Assembly (NCBI RefSeq): GCF_037042905.1
Contig: NC_087249.1
Span: 8,744,001-8,808,000, forward strand
Length of the DNA: 64,000 bases
Origin: Lytechinus pictus
Lineage: Eukaryota
Direction of reading: 5' to 3'
The notes below the pieces were generated by a model. That model did not search any database, had not been told where the DNA came from, and saw only the letters and a program-made list of their open reading frames with translations. Made by a program: the position numbers and the translations under genes. Below, piece by piece: positions 1-13,875 of the stretch (positions within the stretch are counted from its first letter, which is position 1; every line of letters begins with the position of its first letter).

Positions 1-322
1 CATCGGTTAATGGTGGTGGTCTATTCAGTACTTAACTGAAATGCTCTGCCCATCTAGCATCTCTTTCTGCTTATGTTTTAAAAATATTTCCTTGTATACT
101 AAGAACTGGTGCATCTGCTTCATCTGCGAGACTATCCAAGTACTTCCTTCTGTCAGTTCTTGTTTTTTCTTAACTTGCTTGTTAGCTTCCTGATACTGTC
201 GGCTGTATCTCTGTTTTAGCCTTTCATAAAACACTTTATAAAACATAATTTACTCAGGGCCTATGCCTTCGTTGTTTCTGGTGCTCGCATTGTCTGTTTA
301 ACGAGATTTATAATCCTGTTGT

Positions 323-1467
323 ACTAAAACCTGCCGTTTTCAAGTCAATATACACCAAATATATTTCCTCGCACTTCGAGTTATTATTGTTTTATGTCGT
401 GCCATATGCTTCTTTTTCATGACTACTTAAAGTGATTGCCCCATTTTAAGGTCTTAATATAAAACATTTCCTGTCCATGTTTACGTTCGCATTAGTGGAT
501 TGGTGAGATATGTCTGCTCTTCATGAATTCCTAAAATCAGCCCTTAAAATGTCCCCTTTTCTGATCTGAATATCAAAAGTTTTCAGTTCGCTTGGCACTC
601 GCATTAGATGACTATGGTGAGATATGTATACTCTTAATGGATTCCTTTAAAAATAGTCCTTAAAATATCCCTGTTTGGTTCAAAATATACAAAAGTTTGA
701 GCTCGCACTTTGCACTCGCATCATTTGGTCATTGAAATACGTATGGTCTTCGTAAATTCCTACAAACAAGCCTTAAAATGCCCCTCTTCAGGGGGGCGTT
801 TCATGAAAGGACTTGTCGGACGTTTTATCCGACAAGTCCCATTTTATCCGACAGTTACCATAGTAACAGTACCTCTCAGCCAATCAACATCAGAGAAAGA
901 TGTCAGATCTGACAACTTGTCGGATGAAAATGTTGATGAAACACTCCCCAGGTCTGAATTTCCTAAATTTTCGCGCTCGCAATATTTATAGTGAGATGCG
1001 TATGTTAATCATTATTACAATGACAACAAGTGCTTCATGTGTTTAGATGTAATTCAAACAAAATCAGCAAGCGCTTGGCACTCGCTTTAGATGACTGTGG
1101 TGAGATATGTATACTCTTAATGGATTCCTAAAATATAGTCCTTAAAATTTCCCTGTTTGGGGTCAATATATTATACAAAATTTTCAGCTCGCGCTTCGTG
1201 CTCGTATTATTTATTTAGCGAGACAGGTACGTATCATGATTTGCTTACAATGTCCCTTTATAGGTCTGAATATTTAAAAAAAATCAGCTCGCGCTTCGCG
1301 CTCGTATTATTTGATCAGTGAGATACATATCCGGTTAATGGCACTGTCCTTAAAATGTCTCTATTAGGTCAGTATACCTGGCAACTGAGCGCACTTTGCA
1401 CGCTCACTAATCAACTCAAAATTGTTGCTGGTGCACCCCCAATACCGTGACCCACGGTACGCCACTG
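323..1467. mobile_element. non-autonomous DNA-transposon-like repeat with internal gctcgcgcttcgcgctcgca subrepeats, ending in TACGCCACTG
   Basis: Recurrent subrepeats; 1347-1467 is homologous to 15294-15415; inverted subrepeats recur at ~11180-13700. The left boundary is approximate. Confidence 0.6.
791..949. mobile_element. short palindromic MITE-like insertion
   Basis: ggggggcgtttcatgaa ... ttgatgaaacactcccc inverted ends; a related fragment lies at ~9130-9257. Confidence 0.55.
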
Positions 1468-1589
1468 CCTACAAAAGACCTTTTTGACGCCTGAATATAT
1501 GCATTCAGAATCCCCCCCCCCCCGCCGCCGCTTCCCCATTTTATATTGCTATACCGAGTGATCTGTTGGCCTTCTTGCGTTTGTGATAT

Positions 1590-2511
1590 CTAGTGTTATT
1601 TTCAGGGAGTATATTAGAAAAGAGTATTAACAACATATTTTATAAGTTCCTAAATACTTTTCATTTTCTAAATTCAAACCAATATGGATTCAGCAAAGGG
1701 CATTCAACGGTCCAGGCTTTAATACAAATATTAGCTCCATTAATATACGATAAAAATATTACAAATCAATGGCAAATAAAGAACTTAAGCATATACGGAT
1801 AGCCTTAATTCGACATTCGACCACCAAAGTTTGCTTTTAAAAAATTGAAAACTTTATCCAAGAATCGCACTATCATGGTTCGACAGATATTTGTCAGAAA
1901 GAAAACAATTATGTAATTCCCAATGTTTCTTCTAACTTCCATGCAATAAAATGCAGAGTTCCAGAATGATTGAGCTTAGGCCCCTAGTTTTTCCTCATAT
2001 CATTTATAAATTGACTACTTTAACGCCTTTGTTATCATTTGTATTATCTGCAGATGACACAAACATTGCCAAAACTATCTTTGTGGTTTACGTGTTTCAC
2101 TTACTGCAGATAAAACAAGATAGTTTTTTTTTAAACACCCAAGTTCACATATTGCTGAATTCCCTCACCATAGACAACATTCCTCTCAAAATAAAAAAAA
2201 TAGGTGTCACAATAAAAATGTTAAAGAAAACTTTTATTCGAACAAATAAACTTTGAATAAGTAACGTCGGTCATTGTCATTTTTTTCAAGCAATCTGCTT
2301 ATGATGACAATCCTTCTCCTGCAAATTGTGAATATCATATAATGATTTGGTAGTTAATCATTTTTGTCTGGTATTATTATTTTTTTTCAATTACACTTTA
2401 TTTATGATTCATGCCAAAAATGCTAACATATTATGTTTATTATGTTATGGAAAATGTATTATACGAATGTTCCATGGATGCAGAAGAAAACAATAAATCA
2501 AATCAAATCAA
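1590..2511 (+). pseudogene. degenerate LINE (CR1/L2-group) reverse-transcriptase fragment with (TCAAA)n tail
   Basis: Frameshifted remnants ILEK...NQYGFSKGHSTVQAL and ADDTN; tail aataaatcaaatcaaatc at ~2492-2511; a similar 3' end lies at ~3990-4165. Confidence 0.65.
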
Positions 2512-5318
2512 ATTGTACTTCACAAACATAATTACACATACTACACGTGTCACTCTATAACCTGTACAAAAACTGAAATTAATGATGACTTCAGAAAATA
2601 TCTGTATCAATATTTCATTTTTTTTCATGGATGACCAGACATCCCGGATTCATCAGTCCTATATTCCAGCAATCTGTCCCGCGTCCCGTACGCGAAATTT
2701 TTCCCACCGCAGTTCCGGGGGTCTCACGCGCGTAAAACATTCCCCATAGACTTGTGTGTTAAAATGGCACTTAAGAAAAATTCATAAAAAATAAATGTGA
2801 AATTAGAGGGTCAAATGTTTACTACCTTAGGATAGGATATATGTCTGACATTCCATATCTGACCAGAGAAGGGTATCGTAGCCAGCTCATTTTAAAAATA
2901 AATCGCCATTTATGAAGATAACTATGATGGGATCAAATTCATCAACTGAAACAGTAAAATAGCCCCAATTCTTCCGCCAGTCAAAAAATAGTTCCAAATC
3001 ATTGATATATCTTCCCAATTTGGGCAAAGGAAGTTCAGTAGTTACCATTTCTAGAATCAGTGTTAGATTTTGAATCATATTCATACACTTTTGTCAATCA
3101 GCAATATCAAATTTAAAAAATTCGAATGGGTTGGGTCGAACGAATATCTTTAGCCCTCCTGATGTAATTAGGCTCATGGCACCCGGGCGCCAATATAAAT
3201 ATATTCATGACTTGCGTCTCTGGACTAGAGTACGCATGCGCGTGGACTATGGGGGGGGGGCTCGAGTCGAGGGTAGAGGTTGGGCATACTGATCCGTATA
3301 CAGATCGGTGTAGGAAGGATTGGTCGGGGATTGGTATGGACTTTTCAAAACCCACAAATTTGTTGTGTAGAAATATTAAATGAGCCTAAAATTTTGAGGG
3401 GGTCAGATATGGGGGATGAATTTTACAAGCATCATTGAAGTTCTGAAAAGATGCGAGTAACTTTTTTTAGTACAAAAAATCTATTGAATTCTTTTTTGAC
3501 GTAATATTCAGAAAATTATCTAATATTTCACTATTCCCTTTCATTTCCTTTCATTTTTTCCTATCTCTTTTCTCTTAATTAGTCATGTTTCAAGGGTGTG
3601 CCCCGAAAACTGGTACAGGTCTTACAATGATGTAAAATAAAACCATAGAGATATACACGCCTCATCGAAATATTTGCAATATATAATGTTTAAAACCTCT
3701 TGGAATACCAGCTGCTGCCGGGCCATGTTCAAAATTACATATTATTTGAAGATGTAATATGAAGTCATGCAGGTCATATAAAATAAACATTGAACAAAAC
3801 AAAACAAAACTCATGACAAAAGTGGATATAAAAAAAAATCCAATCACTGCATTGTACTTTATAAACTTCATATTTAATAATGACCTATTATTAAACTATT
3901 CCCCCCCCCCCCCGTTTGATTTTTAAAACAATATTTTAAAGAAATTCTAACACAATTATTATAACTGAATGTGCTTATTTTTCTGTGGTGTCATTGTTTT
4001 CAAGCAATATGCTTATTACAATGAACTCTTGCAAATTGTAAATATAATAAATTGGGAGAAGACCATTATTGTTTTGAATTACATATTTCTACACATCTTG
4101 ATCTATGATTCATGCACAAAATAATATGGCGCAAATGCAGAATAAAGCACTAAAATCAAATCAAGTGTTTTAGAAGGTTTGGGATACCGATACAAGAACA
4201 CTAGCTGATAACAGGTCCATATGATTCCCTGGTTGTTCATGGCTGAGAACATTTTCAGGAAGTTCTGATCCAGTCACACTAAATGAAAGACCGCAGACCG
4301 ATCAACGCTATGTTGCCTTATTTCAAATTGTGTATCCCGATCCCTTTTGAACAGGGGTTTGGAGACAGGGTTGTTTGTTTCGTGTGTGACTGTGGCCGGG
4401 GAAAAAAAGAACACACCCAATGTTTCCTTCCGATTGATTAATGGAAAATTCAGGGATTTGGGGCGGGGGATGGAGGGGGGGGGTAAGCTAACCTGGATTT
4501 ATCCGGCCCATTACCCGACCATTTGAAAGCTTGAACAGACATGAGTCCCTTTTTGCATGTTCTGTTATGTTTTCCGATTTATGTTTTATCCTCCTCCTCT
4601 TTTCAAAAAATCGCGCGACGCGTCTTCAGCTTCAGCCACCCCTGTGCAATTCCAATTCCGGGGACTTTCCGAACACGAATATGCCTAATATGCCTATGCC
4701 CTATTTACATGGAGCTATCAACTCTATTTACAAAGTGATTTGCCCATTACCTTAACGTGGTTGATATACATAAAGACACTTCAACTATAATAGGCCAAAC
4801 GAGCGCAATATCGGAAAAATCAACCGGCAACGTTTAAAGTGTTTTGTTTTTTTGTTTTTTTACCAAAGCCAAAAGGTTATTTTTTATAGCAATATAGCCT
4901 GTGCTTTGGACGATGTCGATAGACTATTCTTCCCATCGGCCCCAGATGACCCTGCTTTTTATGATTCTTCGTTCTTCCTTTTTATCCATTTTCCATTACT
5001 GTGCAGTTCATTGGTGTACATATAGGCACGGACCACTACAGTCATTAACTCCGGTGTTGATTCTATTTTGGTGTTATAGTTCAACACCTTATATGTGTGA
5101 TTTTACAGCACACTCGTAAATTTTACACTGTATATTTGGTGTTTGTTCAATCTCGAGAGTGTAATTTCAACATCAGGATGTGGTCCTCTAGTAGTCAGTT
5201 TTAACACCCCACAGTGACTTCATGCACCTTAACTATAGGCACCGTCTTTCAAATCACTATTTTTATGTCAAGCAATCGATCTCCCGTAATTTAGTGATCG
5301 AACTTTTAAGAGGACAAC

Positions 5319-5555
5319 ATGGCTTATTTCGAAACATCCACACTGATGCTATCTGATGAGGGATTTTTTTCTAAAGACGTTGTCATGGTAACGGAGACGG
5401 ATAACTGGACGACCACCGGTCAATACCTTCCTCCATCACCACCTTCTTACATCGCAGCCTTGAAAAAAGCAAATAAGTATACTCTGATCACAATCCTTAT
5501 CTTCCTCATGCTAGCCATGGGTTGCGTGGTCAAACCTAGCGATTTTAAAGAAGTG
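5319..5555 (+). CDS. SLC10-like exon 1
   Basis: ATG at 5319; encodes ...ILIFLMLAMGCVVKPSDFKEV; donor gtaagt at 5556, phase 0. Confidence 0.85.
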
Positions 5556-7681
5556 GTAAGTTATTTTATTTATCAATTTATCTTGTTCTTTTAAAGTCCA
5601 TTTGACTTTTATTAAAGGGATGGTTCGTGCTAAACATATTTATATCGTAATACGTAGAGTAAAATTCACTGAGCAAAATGCCGAAAATTTCATAAAAATC
5701 AGATAACAAATAATAAAGTTATTGAAGTTTAACGTTTAGCAATATTTTGTGAAAACATGAATATTCATTAGGTGGGCTGATGATGTCACATCCCCACTTT
5801 CCGTTTTCTTATGTTATTACATAAAATCATATTTTTTTCATTATTTCATACTTGTGTGAATAATATGTCTCCCTGATAATGAAATAAGTTGCAGCAATAA
5901 ATATCTAATACACTAAATCAGTTGTCAATCCAATTTTTCTAGTCCTTGGAGGAAAATAATTGAATAAACATAATTTCATATAATAAAATACAAAAGAACA
6001 AGTGGAGATGTGACATCATCAGCCCACCTAATGAATATTCATGACGACTGTTTTCACAGAATATTGCTAAACTCTAAAATTCAATAACATTGTTATATGT
6101 TATCCGATTTTGATAAAATTTTCGGCATTTTGCTTAGTGAATTCTATACTCTATTCATTAAGCTATAAATACTTTCAGTCCGGACCATCCCTTTAAATTC
6201 ATCGTTTTCACGAGTTACTAGCACGATTCCTCGACTTATAACTCATTCCCACGAGTTAGAAGTCAATGGAACGAGTTATTAAGGAGAGGGATCGAGCTAT
6301 TAAGTAGATGGAAAGAGTCATTAAGTCAAGGGAACGAGTTTTAAGTCAAGGGAACGAGTTATAAGTAGAGGGAACGAGTTTTAAAGTAGAAAGAACGAGT
6401 CATTATGTCGATGGAACGAGTGTTAAGTCAATGGATCGGAACGAGTTATAAGTCAATGGAACGAGTTTTAAAGTAGAGAGAACGAGTCATTATGTCGATG
6501 TAACGAGTTGTAAAGTAGAAGGAACGAGTCATTATATATGTCGATGGAACGAGTTTTAAGTCAAAGGAACGAGTTATATAAGTCAAGCAAACTCCTGGGA
6601 ACGATCGGGGGTGGGGAGGGCATATGTCATCATAAGGTTCCGTACTTAAACTTGTAAACGTTGTATAAAAAAGGCCGAGTCTTCACTGAAAAAATTAAGT
6701 TACACTTTATCATGTATATAACATTATGATTCTGATTTTCAACCGAAATAAACAATCAGTATTTTTTTCTTAAAATTAAATTCAGTCAGTATTGCTTAGT
6801 GCACTCTTCGATGAATGTGTGAGCGACACAAATTATAGCATTACATTGATTCTGAATTTTAATTCATTCGGGCTATAGCAGACAACGTGATCACCTCTAT
6901 AATAATGGTATAAAAACTCTGTTGCTGTCTTTATCCACTACTTTATTTCTCCATCTTGCTACTAACTGAAGGTTACATTTCTCTCTTCATCCAATATCTA
7001 AAAGTTTAATCAGTTTTTTTAACAAGTGCATGAATACGCATAATTCATCATTATCGTCAGAACCAATCAACAAAGATTATGAACTATCACAATGCTTATG
7101 CGTAAACATATTCATTATATAGTCATTCACACGAATCAATTTAGAACGACCCGAAAAGGAAATATTTTTGTTTTCCACTTTTTTAATTATCATTATTTTC
7201 ATATTTTTGTCCAGTTACGCGTACCGAAGAGTGTACTGATCGGGATGTTATGCCAGTTCGTCTTGATGCCACTGTCTGCTTTCTGCCTAGCTCTCGCCCT
7301 GTCCTTACCGGCGCCCATGGCGTTAGGGGTACTCGTCATGTCATGCTGCCCTGGAGGAACCGTCTCTAACCTCTTCACCTTCTGGACAAAGGGAGACGTA
7401 TGTCTCAGGTGGGTTTTATAATCGCGGCCGGCACCAGGATATTTTGATGGAGGGGGTAGGGACAAGACGACCTAAACGTGTGACGTCATATTTATTCTCA
7501 TTTGAATTGTGGAGGCATTATAGAGTGAGCCAACCTAGACCTCTTTTTATACCATGTATACCCTCACTCTTCTTTCTTCCATATCTCCTTCTGTCTCATC
7601 ATCATTTCCCATTTTGTTAAAATAATATCACCAAGTGGCGCCTATCCTGTTCATAGAAGAGAATGGTGGTGGTCGATTGTC

Positions 7682-7712
<31 letters not shown>

Positions 7713-9866
7713 AAAGAAGAAGAAGAAGAAGAAGAAGAAGAAGAAGAAGAAAGAAGAAGAAGGAGAAGGAGAAGGAAAAGAAGAAGAAGAAGAAGAAAAA
7801 GAAGGAGAAGAAGAAGAAAAAGAAGAAGAATAAAAGATGAAGAAGAGGACGAGAAGGTGGAAGAAGAAAAAGCAGCATTAGTATGTAGTAGTAGGAGTAG
7901 TAGTAGTAGCAGTAGTAGAAGTAATAGTAGTAGTAGTAGTATATAGTAGTAGTAGTATAGCCTAATAATAGTTGTCGCACCTGTGACTGATAATTTTGTT
8001 CCTAAGATTAAAAGGACCGCTGTGGTCAATAATTATCTATTGAAATATCGTATTGTTTTTAAGATGCAATTAAAAGATCAGATGATGATGAATGAATCTT
8101 TAATTTCAGCATCACCATGACGACCATCTCGACCGTAGCCGCCATTGGGCTCATGCCTCTGAACCTGTTCATCTACAGTCGAAGATGGACCGATGACAAT
8201 GCCGTCATCCCATTCGTCAGCATCATCACAGCTCTGGTGTCCATCGTAATCCCAGTAACGATTGGGATGTTCATTCGATGGAAGAGAATAGAGTGGACAT
8301 GGTTCATTTCAAAGGTTACTTGAAAGCAGGGGCTGCGCTACAGGGGGGGGGGGGGCAGGAAAGGCGGCCGCCCCTATTGTTCAAGTAATGGGAAAAAGAA
8401 GAAACGCAGTGAGCAAAAGAAAAAAGAAAGAGACAGGAAAGAAGGGCATTAAAAGTAAAGGAGTAGGTTGTGTTACTCTATATTATTTCTGTAATTATTA
8501 TTTTTTTTAATTAGGCTGTCTTGCCTCCTTCCTATCATAATTCCGGGCGCCGTCCCTTGTTGATACCAAAGTGGTCAATCGAACTGCAAAACGTTGAATT
8601 ATAACATCTTTGGTTGAGGAGGTGTGGTATGTCATGTATGGAGGCACCAAAATGTTCTAGCCACAGTAAATGTTTGTGATCAATCGATACAAAAAATACC
8701 AGTGGCCAATCAATACCGTCGTAGTATGTGTGCGTTTTCCAAAACTCTGACCAAGATTGAACCCATAAGAGTGGTTATTTCATAATTGCAATTCATAGCA
8801 AGGCATTTTACGATAATATCCCCTCAAACTCTTTGTTTGACCAGCAGGCATTTCCAGAGACTCCATTTATTTGCGCGAATTCCCTTGCTTAGTTACCTTG
8901 AAATCTGCTTGGATATGAAAATTCAATTGCAGTTTTTAAAAAGGTGTTTGGGCGGGAGAAAGATCATTTTAAGGGGAAGAAAATACATCTTAAGCGGGAG
9001 AAACAGAACCTGGGCGGGAGATATATAAATCTCAAGCGGGAGAACGTGAGATTTTGGGAATAAAGGCTTTCGGCGGGAGATCTCCCGCCGAAAGCGGGAG
9101 AGTTGGAGTCTCTGCATTTCGCGAAGGGAAATTATCCAAGAAAGTATTTATCAGACAGTAAACATACTAGCAACTTATCTTCCCAGCCAATCAAAATCGA
9201 GGAAAGTTGTCGGATCTGAAAACTTGTCGGACGAAGACTGTTGATCAAACGCTCTCCAGAAAAAACGACAAAATTTGTTTCATACGACGGGTTAGCCGGG
9301 ACCCTGGGAAGAGTACCTTTAATATTTTCACATCTGAAAAATAGCTCCCAATTAAATGGCATATTGTCTTATATACTCCTTATATATTTTGCCATCATTA
9401 CTCTTAGGTTGGGAGCATCCTAGGCCTTCTGGGAATAGCCACAAGCATCATCCTCACGGCAATCATCAACCCCGGGATGTACTCCGTCTCCTGGCAAGTT
9501 TGGATCTGCGTCCTCACCCTCCCTGCCTTGGGCGCCGCCCTCGGTTATCTCCTCTCCTGGGCCCTACGCCGCCCGCCCGCACACTGCCGTACCATCGCTT
9601 ACGAGACGGGTCTCCAGAACGTCTCCCTGGCCCTGACCCTGATCGTCCTGACGTTCGAAGGTTCACCCATCATGTTTCAGGTCTTCACCTACCCGTCCCT
9701 CTACGGTCCCGTCATGATGGTAGAAGGACTCATCGGGGTCGCGGTCTACAAGATCGTGGTGAGACGTACCGGCAGCCATGAAGGCGGACCCGTCGCCGAC
9801 AATGGTTGGATGAAGAAGGACATCAACTCCGAAGACGCTTGCTCTGCCCTCGATTCCAAAATCTAA
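5319..9866 (+). CDS. SLC10-family sodium/bile acid cotransporter-like gene (ASBT/SLC10A2/A6-like), 4 coding exons, 364 aa
   Basis: join(5319..5555,7215..7408,8110..8314,9408..9866) = 1095 nt with consistent phases and GT-AG introns. Family motifs: MLAMGC, GMLCQFVLMPL, CCPGGTVSNLFTFW, GDVCLSITMTT, MPLNLFIY, RTIAYETGLQN, PSLYG. Confidence 0.93.
5612..6196. mobile_element. palindromic MITE (TTAAAGGGATGGT...ACCATCCCTTTAA) in SLC10 intron 1
   Basis: Long imperfect inverted arms; related copies at ~16300-16860, ~35763-36357 and 61841-62448. Confidence 0.75.
6209..6644. repeat. ~20-21 bp minisatellite (gtcaagggaacgagttttaa) ending in an aaggttccgta MITE-like terminus
   Basis: Many tandem ggaacgagt units visible directly. 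Confidence 0.7.
7215..7408 (+). CDS. SLC10-like exon 2
   Basis: tttgtccag acceptor; LRVPKSVLIGMLCQF...CCPGGTVSN...GDVCL; donor gtgggt, phase 2. Confidence 0.92.
7683..7958. repeat. compound (GAA)n/(TAG)n microsatellite in SLC10 intron 2
   Basis: Seen directly. Confidence 0.9.
8110..8314 (+). CDS. SLC10-like exon 3
   Basis: tttcag acceptor; (S)ITMTTISTVAAIGLMPLNLFIY...FISK; donor gttact, phase 0. Confidence 0.9.
8856..9114. mobile_element. MITE with CAGAGACTCCA / TGGAGTCTCTG inverted ends and internal gcgggaga subrepeats
   Basis: 11-bp terminal inverted repeats; catttc directly flanks both ends. Confidence 0.65.
9408..9866 (+). CDS. SLC10-like exon 4 (terminal)
   Basis: ctcttag acceptor; VGSILGLLG...RTIAYETGLQNVSLAL...DSKI*; TAA at 9864-9866. 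Confidence 0.92.
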   Translation, partial: VGSILGLLGIATSIILTAIINPGMYSVSWQVWICVLTLPALGAALGYLLSWALRRPPAHCRTIAYETGLQNVSLALTLIVLTFEGSPIMFQVFTYPSLYGPVMMVEGLIGVAVYKIVVRRTGSHEGGPVADNGWMKKDINSEDACSALDSKI

Positions 9867-10186
9867 TGCTATGGTCACAACCAACGAAACCGACTCCAAA
9901 CCAATCCGATGATATTGACCTGTTGACCTATGCTTATCGTAGAAAGTAACATTATATTCGTCCTATGGGTTACAGCCCGATAGACCGCGGGTCCGATAGT
10001 CCGCGGGTCCGATAGACCGCGGGTCCGATTGAACGCGGGTCCGATAGACCGCGGGTCCGATAGTCCGCGGGTCCGATAGTCCGCGGTGTGTGTAAAATTA
10101 TGATCAGGATATAGTGAGATCCAATGTCATCAAGAGGTCAAAGGTCAATGATACGAGACCATGGGGTTCTATAACGATGACCCAAA

Positions 10187-10789
10187 GGCCAATCGCCCCC
10201 TGACAACTACTTCAAGGAAAATATTATCCCCATATTTTTATCGTCGGGGACTGTTACCCCCCCCCCCCGGAAATTTACCCTCTAGACGCCAATTACCCCT
10301 AGTACGGAGCCTTTCAAATGCCATTGACTTGATGACATGGCGAGATATTTTATCTTGCCATGTCGACTAAATAAGCTTATTATGTCCGCATGGCGAGATA
10401 CGTTATTCTGCCAAGTCCACATATAAAAAGTTATACGTCAACATGGTGAGATATTTTATCTTGCCAAGTCGACTTGTAACAAGTTATATGTCAACATGGC
10501 GATATATCGGGATTCTCGCCGGGACTTGTACACTTCATATCTCGCCATGTCGACATATCGACTTGACAAGATAGAATATATCGCCATGTCGAAATAATAA
10601 GCTTATTGATTATACATGGCAAGATAAAGCATCACGCCATGTCGTCACGTCGATGGCATTTTAAAGGCTCCGTACTAAGGGTAATTGTCTGGAGGGTAAA
10701 TTTCCGGGGGTAACTGTAGTAACAGTCCCCGGCGGTAAAAATATGGGGATCGTATTTTCCTTGAAGTAGTTGTCAGGGGATGATTGCCC
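10187..10789. mobile_element. palindromic MITE with a second TA-flanked MITE (10305-10672) at its centre
   Basis: Outer arms ctgacaactacttcaaggaaaat / attttccttgaagtagttgtcag; inner ends TAcggagcctt / aaggctccgTA. Confidence 0.75.
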
Positions 10790-12154
10790 TAATTGGTCTC
10801 ACTATACAGGCAATTAAAAAACGATTTTTGGGGGTTTCAATTTGGTTTAACTTCTATCCAGAGTAGGCCCTACTAGAATATTGTGTGAACGGGAGCTGTT
10901 GTTTCTTTACTAGTTGTTTTAGAATAGCCTTCAATAATATTAATGATAACTTCTTGGGAATAATGCAATCTCGAAGCAATCGACTCATTCTCCTCATTAG
11001 TGGCGTATTTATTCAGCATGGGTGCACGGGGGTGGGGGGTTCTTGTTGAACTTTTGTAGAGGGCACCAAGAAAAAAAATAAATAAATGAAATGGGGGGGG
11101 GGTAGAAGATAAAGAATATCTGAGATTTTATTTTTAAAAACACATTGAGGTATTTCACAAGGCCTAAATAAATAATGAGAACGCGAAGTGCGATCTGATC
11201 TTTTTTTTATATTTCATGTATTTTATCCTGAAAGCCTAATTCTGGGGGCGGACCCAGCTTCCGCAAATAAGGAGGGGGGCGAATTTTTTCACCCATATTT
11301 TCCCCGATCGGCCGCTCAATGTTGATTTTTTTTGTTTGGTTTCTTTGAAGGGGTTGTTCCAGTGGCGTAATGAGCCAACAATTTTGAGGGGGCTCGATAT
11401 GGCGTATCGCATAAAATCAATAAGAAGTTTCCAGTGAGCGAAGCGAGCAAGCAAATATGCTGACATTTTTATTACAAAAATACAAGGTTGTGATAGATTT
11501 TTACATAATATTTGGAAAATAATATCATATTTCATCCTAATCCCTTTCCTTTTCTCTCTCTTTTTTTTCTTGGTCGTGATTCTTTTTTCTTTTATTTTAT
11601 TTATTTATTTTTTTTTTTTTTGGGGGGGGGGGCAAAACGCCCATGTCCTAACAGTCATTTCCTAGCTTTACTTTATAAACAACATAAATGTGTAATAATC
11701 TCATAAGCCCTATGCAAGCTAAAAAAAATGAAATTTCATGTATTTTGTCCTGAAAATTGAAAATTCTGGGCAATGTTTGTGAACCTGAACAGAACGCGTT
11801 ATGTAACTAGATAATTACCATGAGCGCGAAGCGCGAGCAGAAAATTTTTGATATTCTGATCTGAAACTGGATAATTTTAGTACGTTTTGAATAAGATCAA
11901 GCTGCTTATCTAAAAAAACATGCGTGCGCGTGTTTTAGAGTTAGACAGAATTTGCATTCTGAATACATTTCATTGTTCATCATGAAAATAAATAATGCGA
12001 GCGCAGAGCGCGAGTTGAAAATAATATTTGAAATTCCGATATGAAATGAGTCAATTTAAGCACTATTTACAGCACTGTGTATATAGGGAAATTGTGACGT
12101 CGATGTGGATAGCACTAAATAAATGATGCGAGCGCGAAGCGTTAGCTGATATTT

Positions 12155-12947
12155 TATTATTTATTTATTTATTTATTCAGTCTTATTTAAAAACAGGGTA
12201 ATCCTTTCAGAGCCAAGAGGCCTGCTTTTCAAAAGAGCCCTGTTACATAAAATATTACATACAAATGAGAACTTATAATGTACAAAACCATAGAAATAGA
12301 ACTACACAAAATAATACAACACATATGTAATTAAACTAAATTGAACTAAAATGAACTAAACTGAACTAAACTAGACTAAACTAAACTAAACAACTTAGCT
12401 AAAAGCATAACAAAACAAGACATGAAAAAGGAAAAGGAAACCGGTAACCAGCACGACATAACAAGTTTGACTTCTATTAGTACGATTATAACAGAAAATG
12501 AACCAGCAATTTCCTGCATTATTTTAACAATGACAGGTTGATTGTGCGTATTTGGGTCTTAAAAGAATTGAGTGTAGTTGCCGTACGAATATATGTTGGT
12601 AGTTTGTTGTAGATACTGGGGGCTACGAATGAAAATGACCGTTTTTTAAATTCAGTACTGGGTTTTGGTATGAACAGTGGGTTTAATGTAGAATGGCGGG
12701 TGACATAATAGATAGGACGTTTTGTAGCAAGACCATTCAAGTAATAGGGTGCTAAGTCATGAAGTATTTTAAAGACAGAAATACAATACTGATAGTTAAT
12801 TCTACTGTCAACGCTTTGCCATCCGAGACTATTAAGTAGAGTTTCTTTGGTAGTTGTGTTGTCTGCGTTAAGAACTAGTCTTGCATATCTGTTCTGGGTA
12901 CGTTGCAGTTTTATCAAGTCCGTTTTGTTACATTTTCCCCAAACCAC
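12155..12947 (-). mobile_element. 5'-truncated LINE (CR1/L2-group) with ORF2 C-terminus and (TAAA)n tail
   Basis: ORF 12519-12947 VWG...KLQRTQNRYARLVL...LGW...KRSFSFVAPSIYNKLP; (ttta)n at 12155-12177. Confidence 0.85.
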
Positions 12948-13875
12948 CGATCTGACTGAGATATGTATATCATCGAACAGGCAATGCGAGCGTGATGCGC
13001 GAGCGAAATTTTAATATAGTGACATTAAATATTTTCAAAAATTATTTTCTAAGTCTTCTCCTGACCTTATTTTATTCACTCGTCTTCCTCCTTTTATGTT
13101 TCGTCTTCTTTTTTTCTCCTATCTTTCCCCTTCTTTGTTTCTTTCTTTCCCCGTTTTTCCCAATTTATTTGCTCCGTCAATAGGGGGAAAGGCCCTCGGG
13201 CCCCCTGGATCCGCCTATGTTAGTAGTTGTTAAGATGAACACGATGCATATCTATTAAGAAATGAATGCGAGCGCGAAGCGCTAGCTGAAAACTTTTATA
13301 ATGATGAAATGAAAAATACATTTTCAGTTGTCAGGTTAGAATATCAAATATTTTCAGCTTGTGCTTCTCGTTCGCATAAAAAAAACTGTGAGGTCGGGAT
13401 GCGTATATAACTAAATAATTTATTGATGCCAGCGCGAAGCGCGAAATCAATTTTTTTTATATATTGACTTAAGAAGGACTAAGGTATAATTCCTATTCTA
13501 ATTGCTTGTCCTTTTTCTCTTCTTTTTCTGTTTCTTACCCCTTTTTTTGCGCCACCATGGGGGGGGGGGCAAAATATTTGCCCCTTGGATCGGCCTATGT
13601 ATGTTGACTTGAAAAACACTAACACTTACATGTGGGATTGATGCAGAGGATGCATACCTCATTGATGAAATATTGCGAGCGCGTAGCGCGAGCTGAATTT
13701 GATAATAACCCTTTTTTGTGACCCTGAACAGGATATCTATCTCGCTAAACAGACTTAAAACTCGAAAACATTGTTTTTGTCTATCATCGTAAAAACGGGA
13801 TATTTTAATTCAGCCGCATTAATTTAAGCTTTTTGGGCAGGACATATATTTCACTATAAACAGGCAATGCGAGCA

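Noticed and set aside
25..246. 73-aa minus-strand ORF at the window edge
   Set aside because: No recognisable motif. It may be a decayed retroelement fragment but this cannot be supported.
7628..8029. Poly-K/E/R/S/L ORFs
   Set aside because: Microsatellite inside SLC10 intron 2.
9356..9899. Overlapping alternative-frame and antisense ORFs at SLC10 exon 4
   Set aside because: Shadow ORFs of a GC-rich coding exon.
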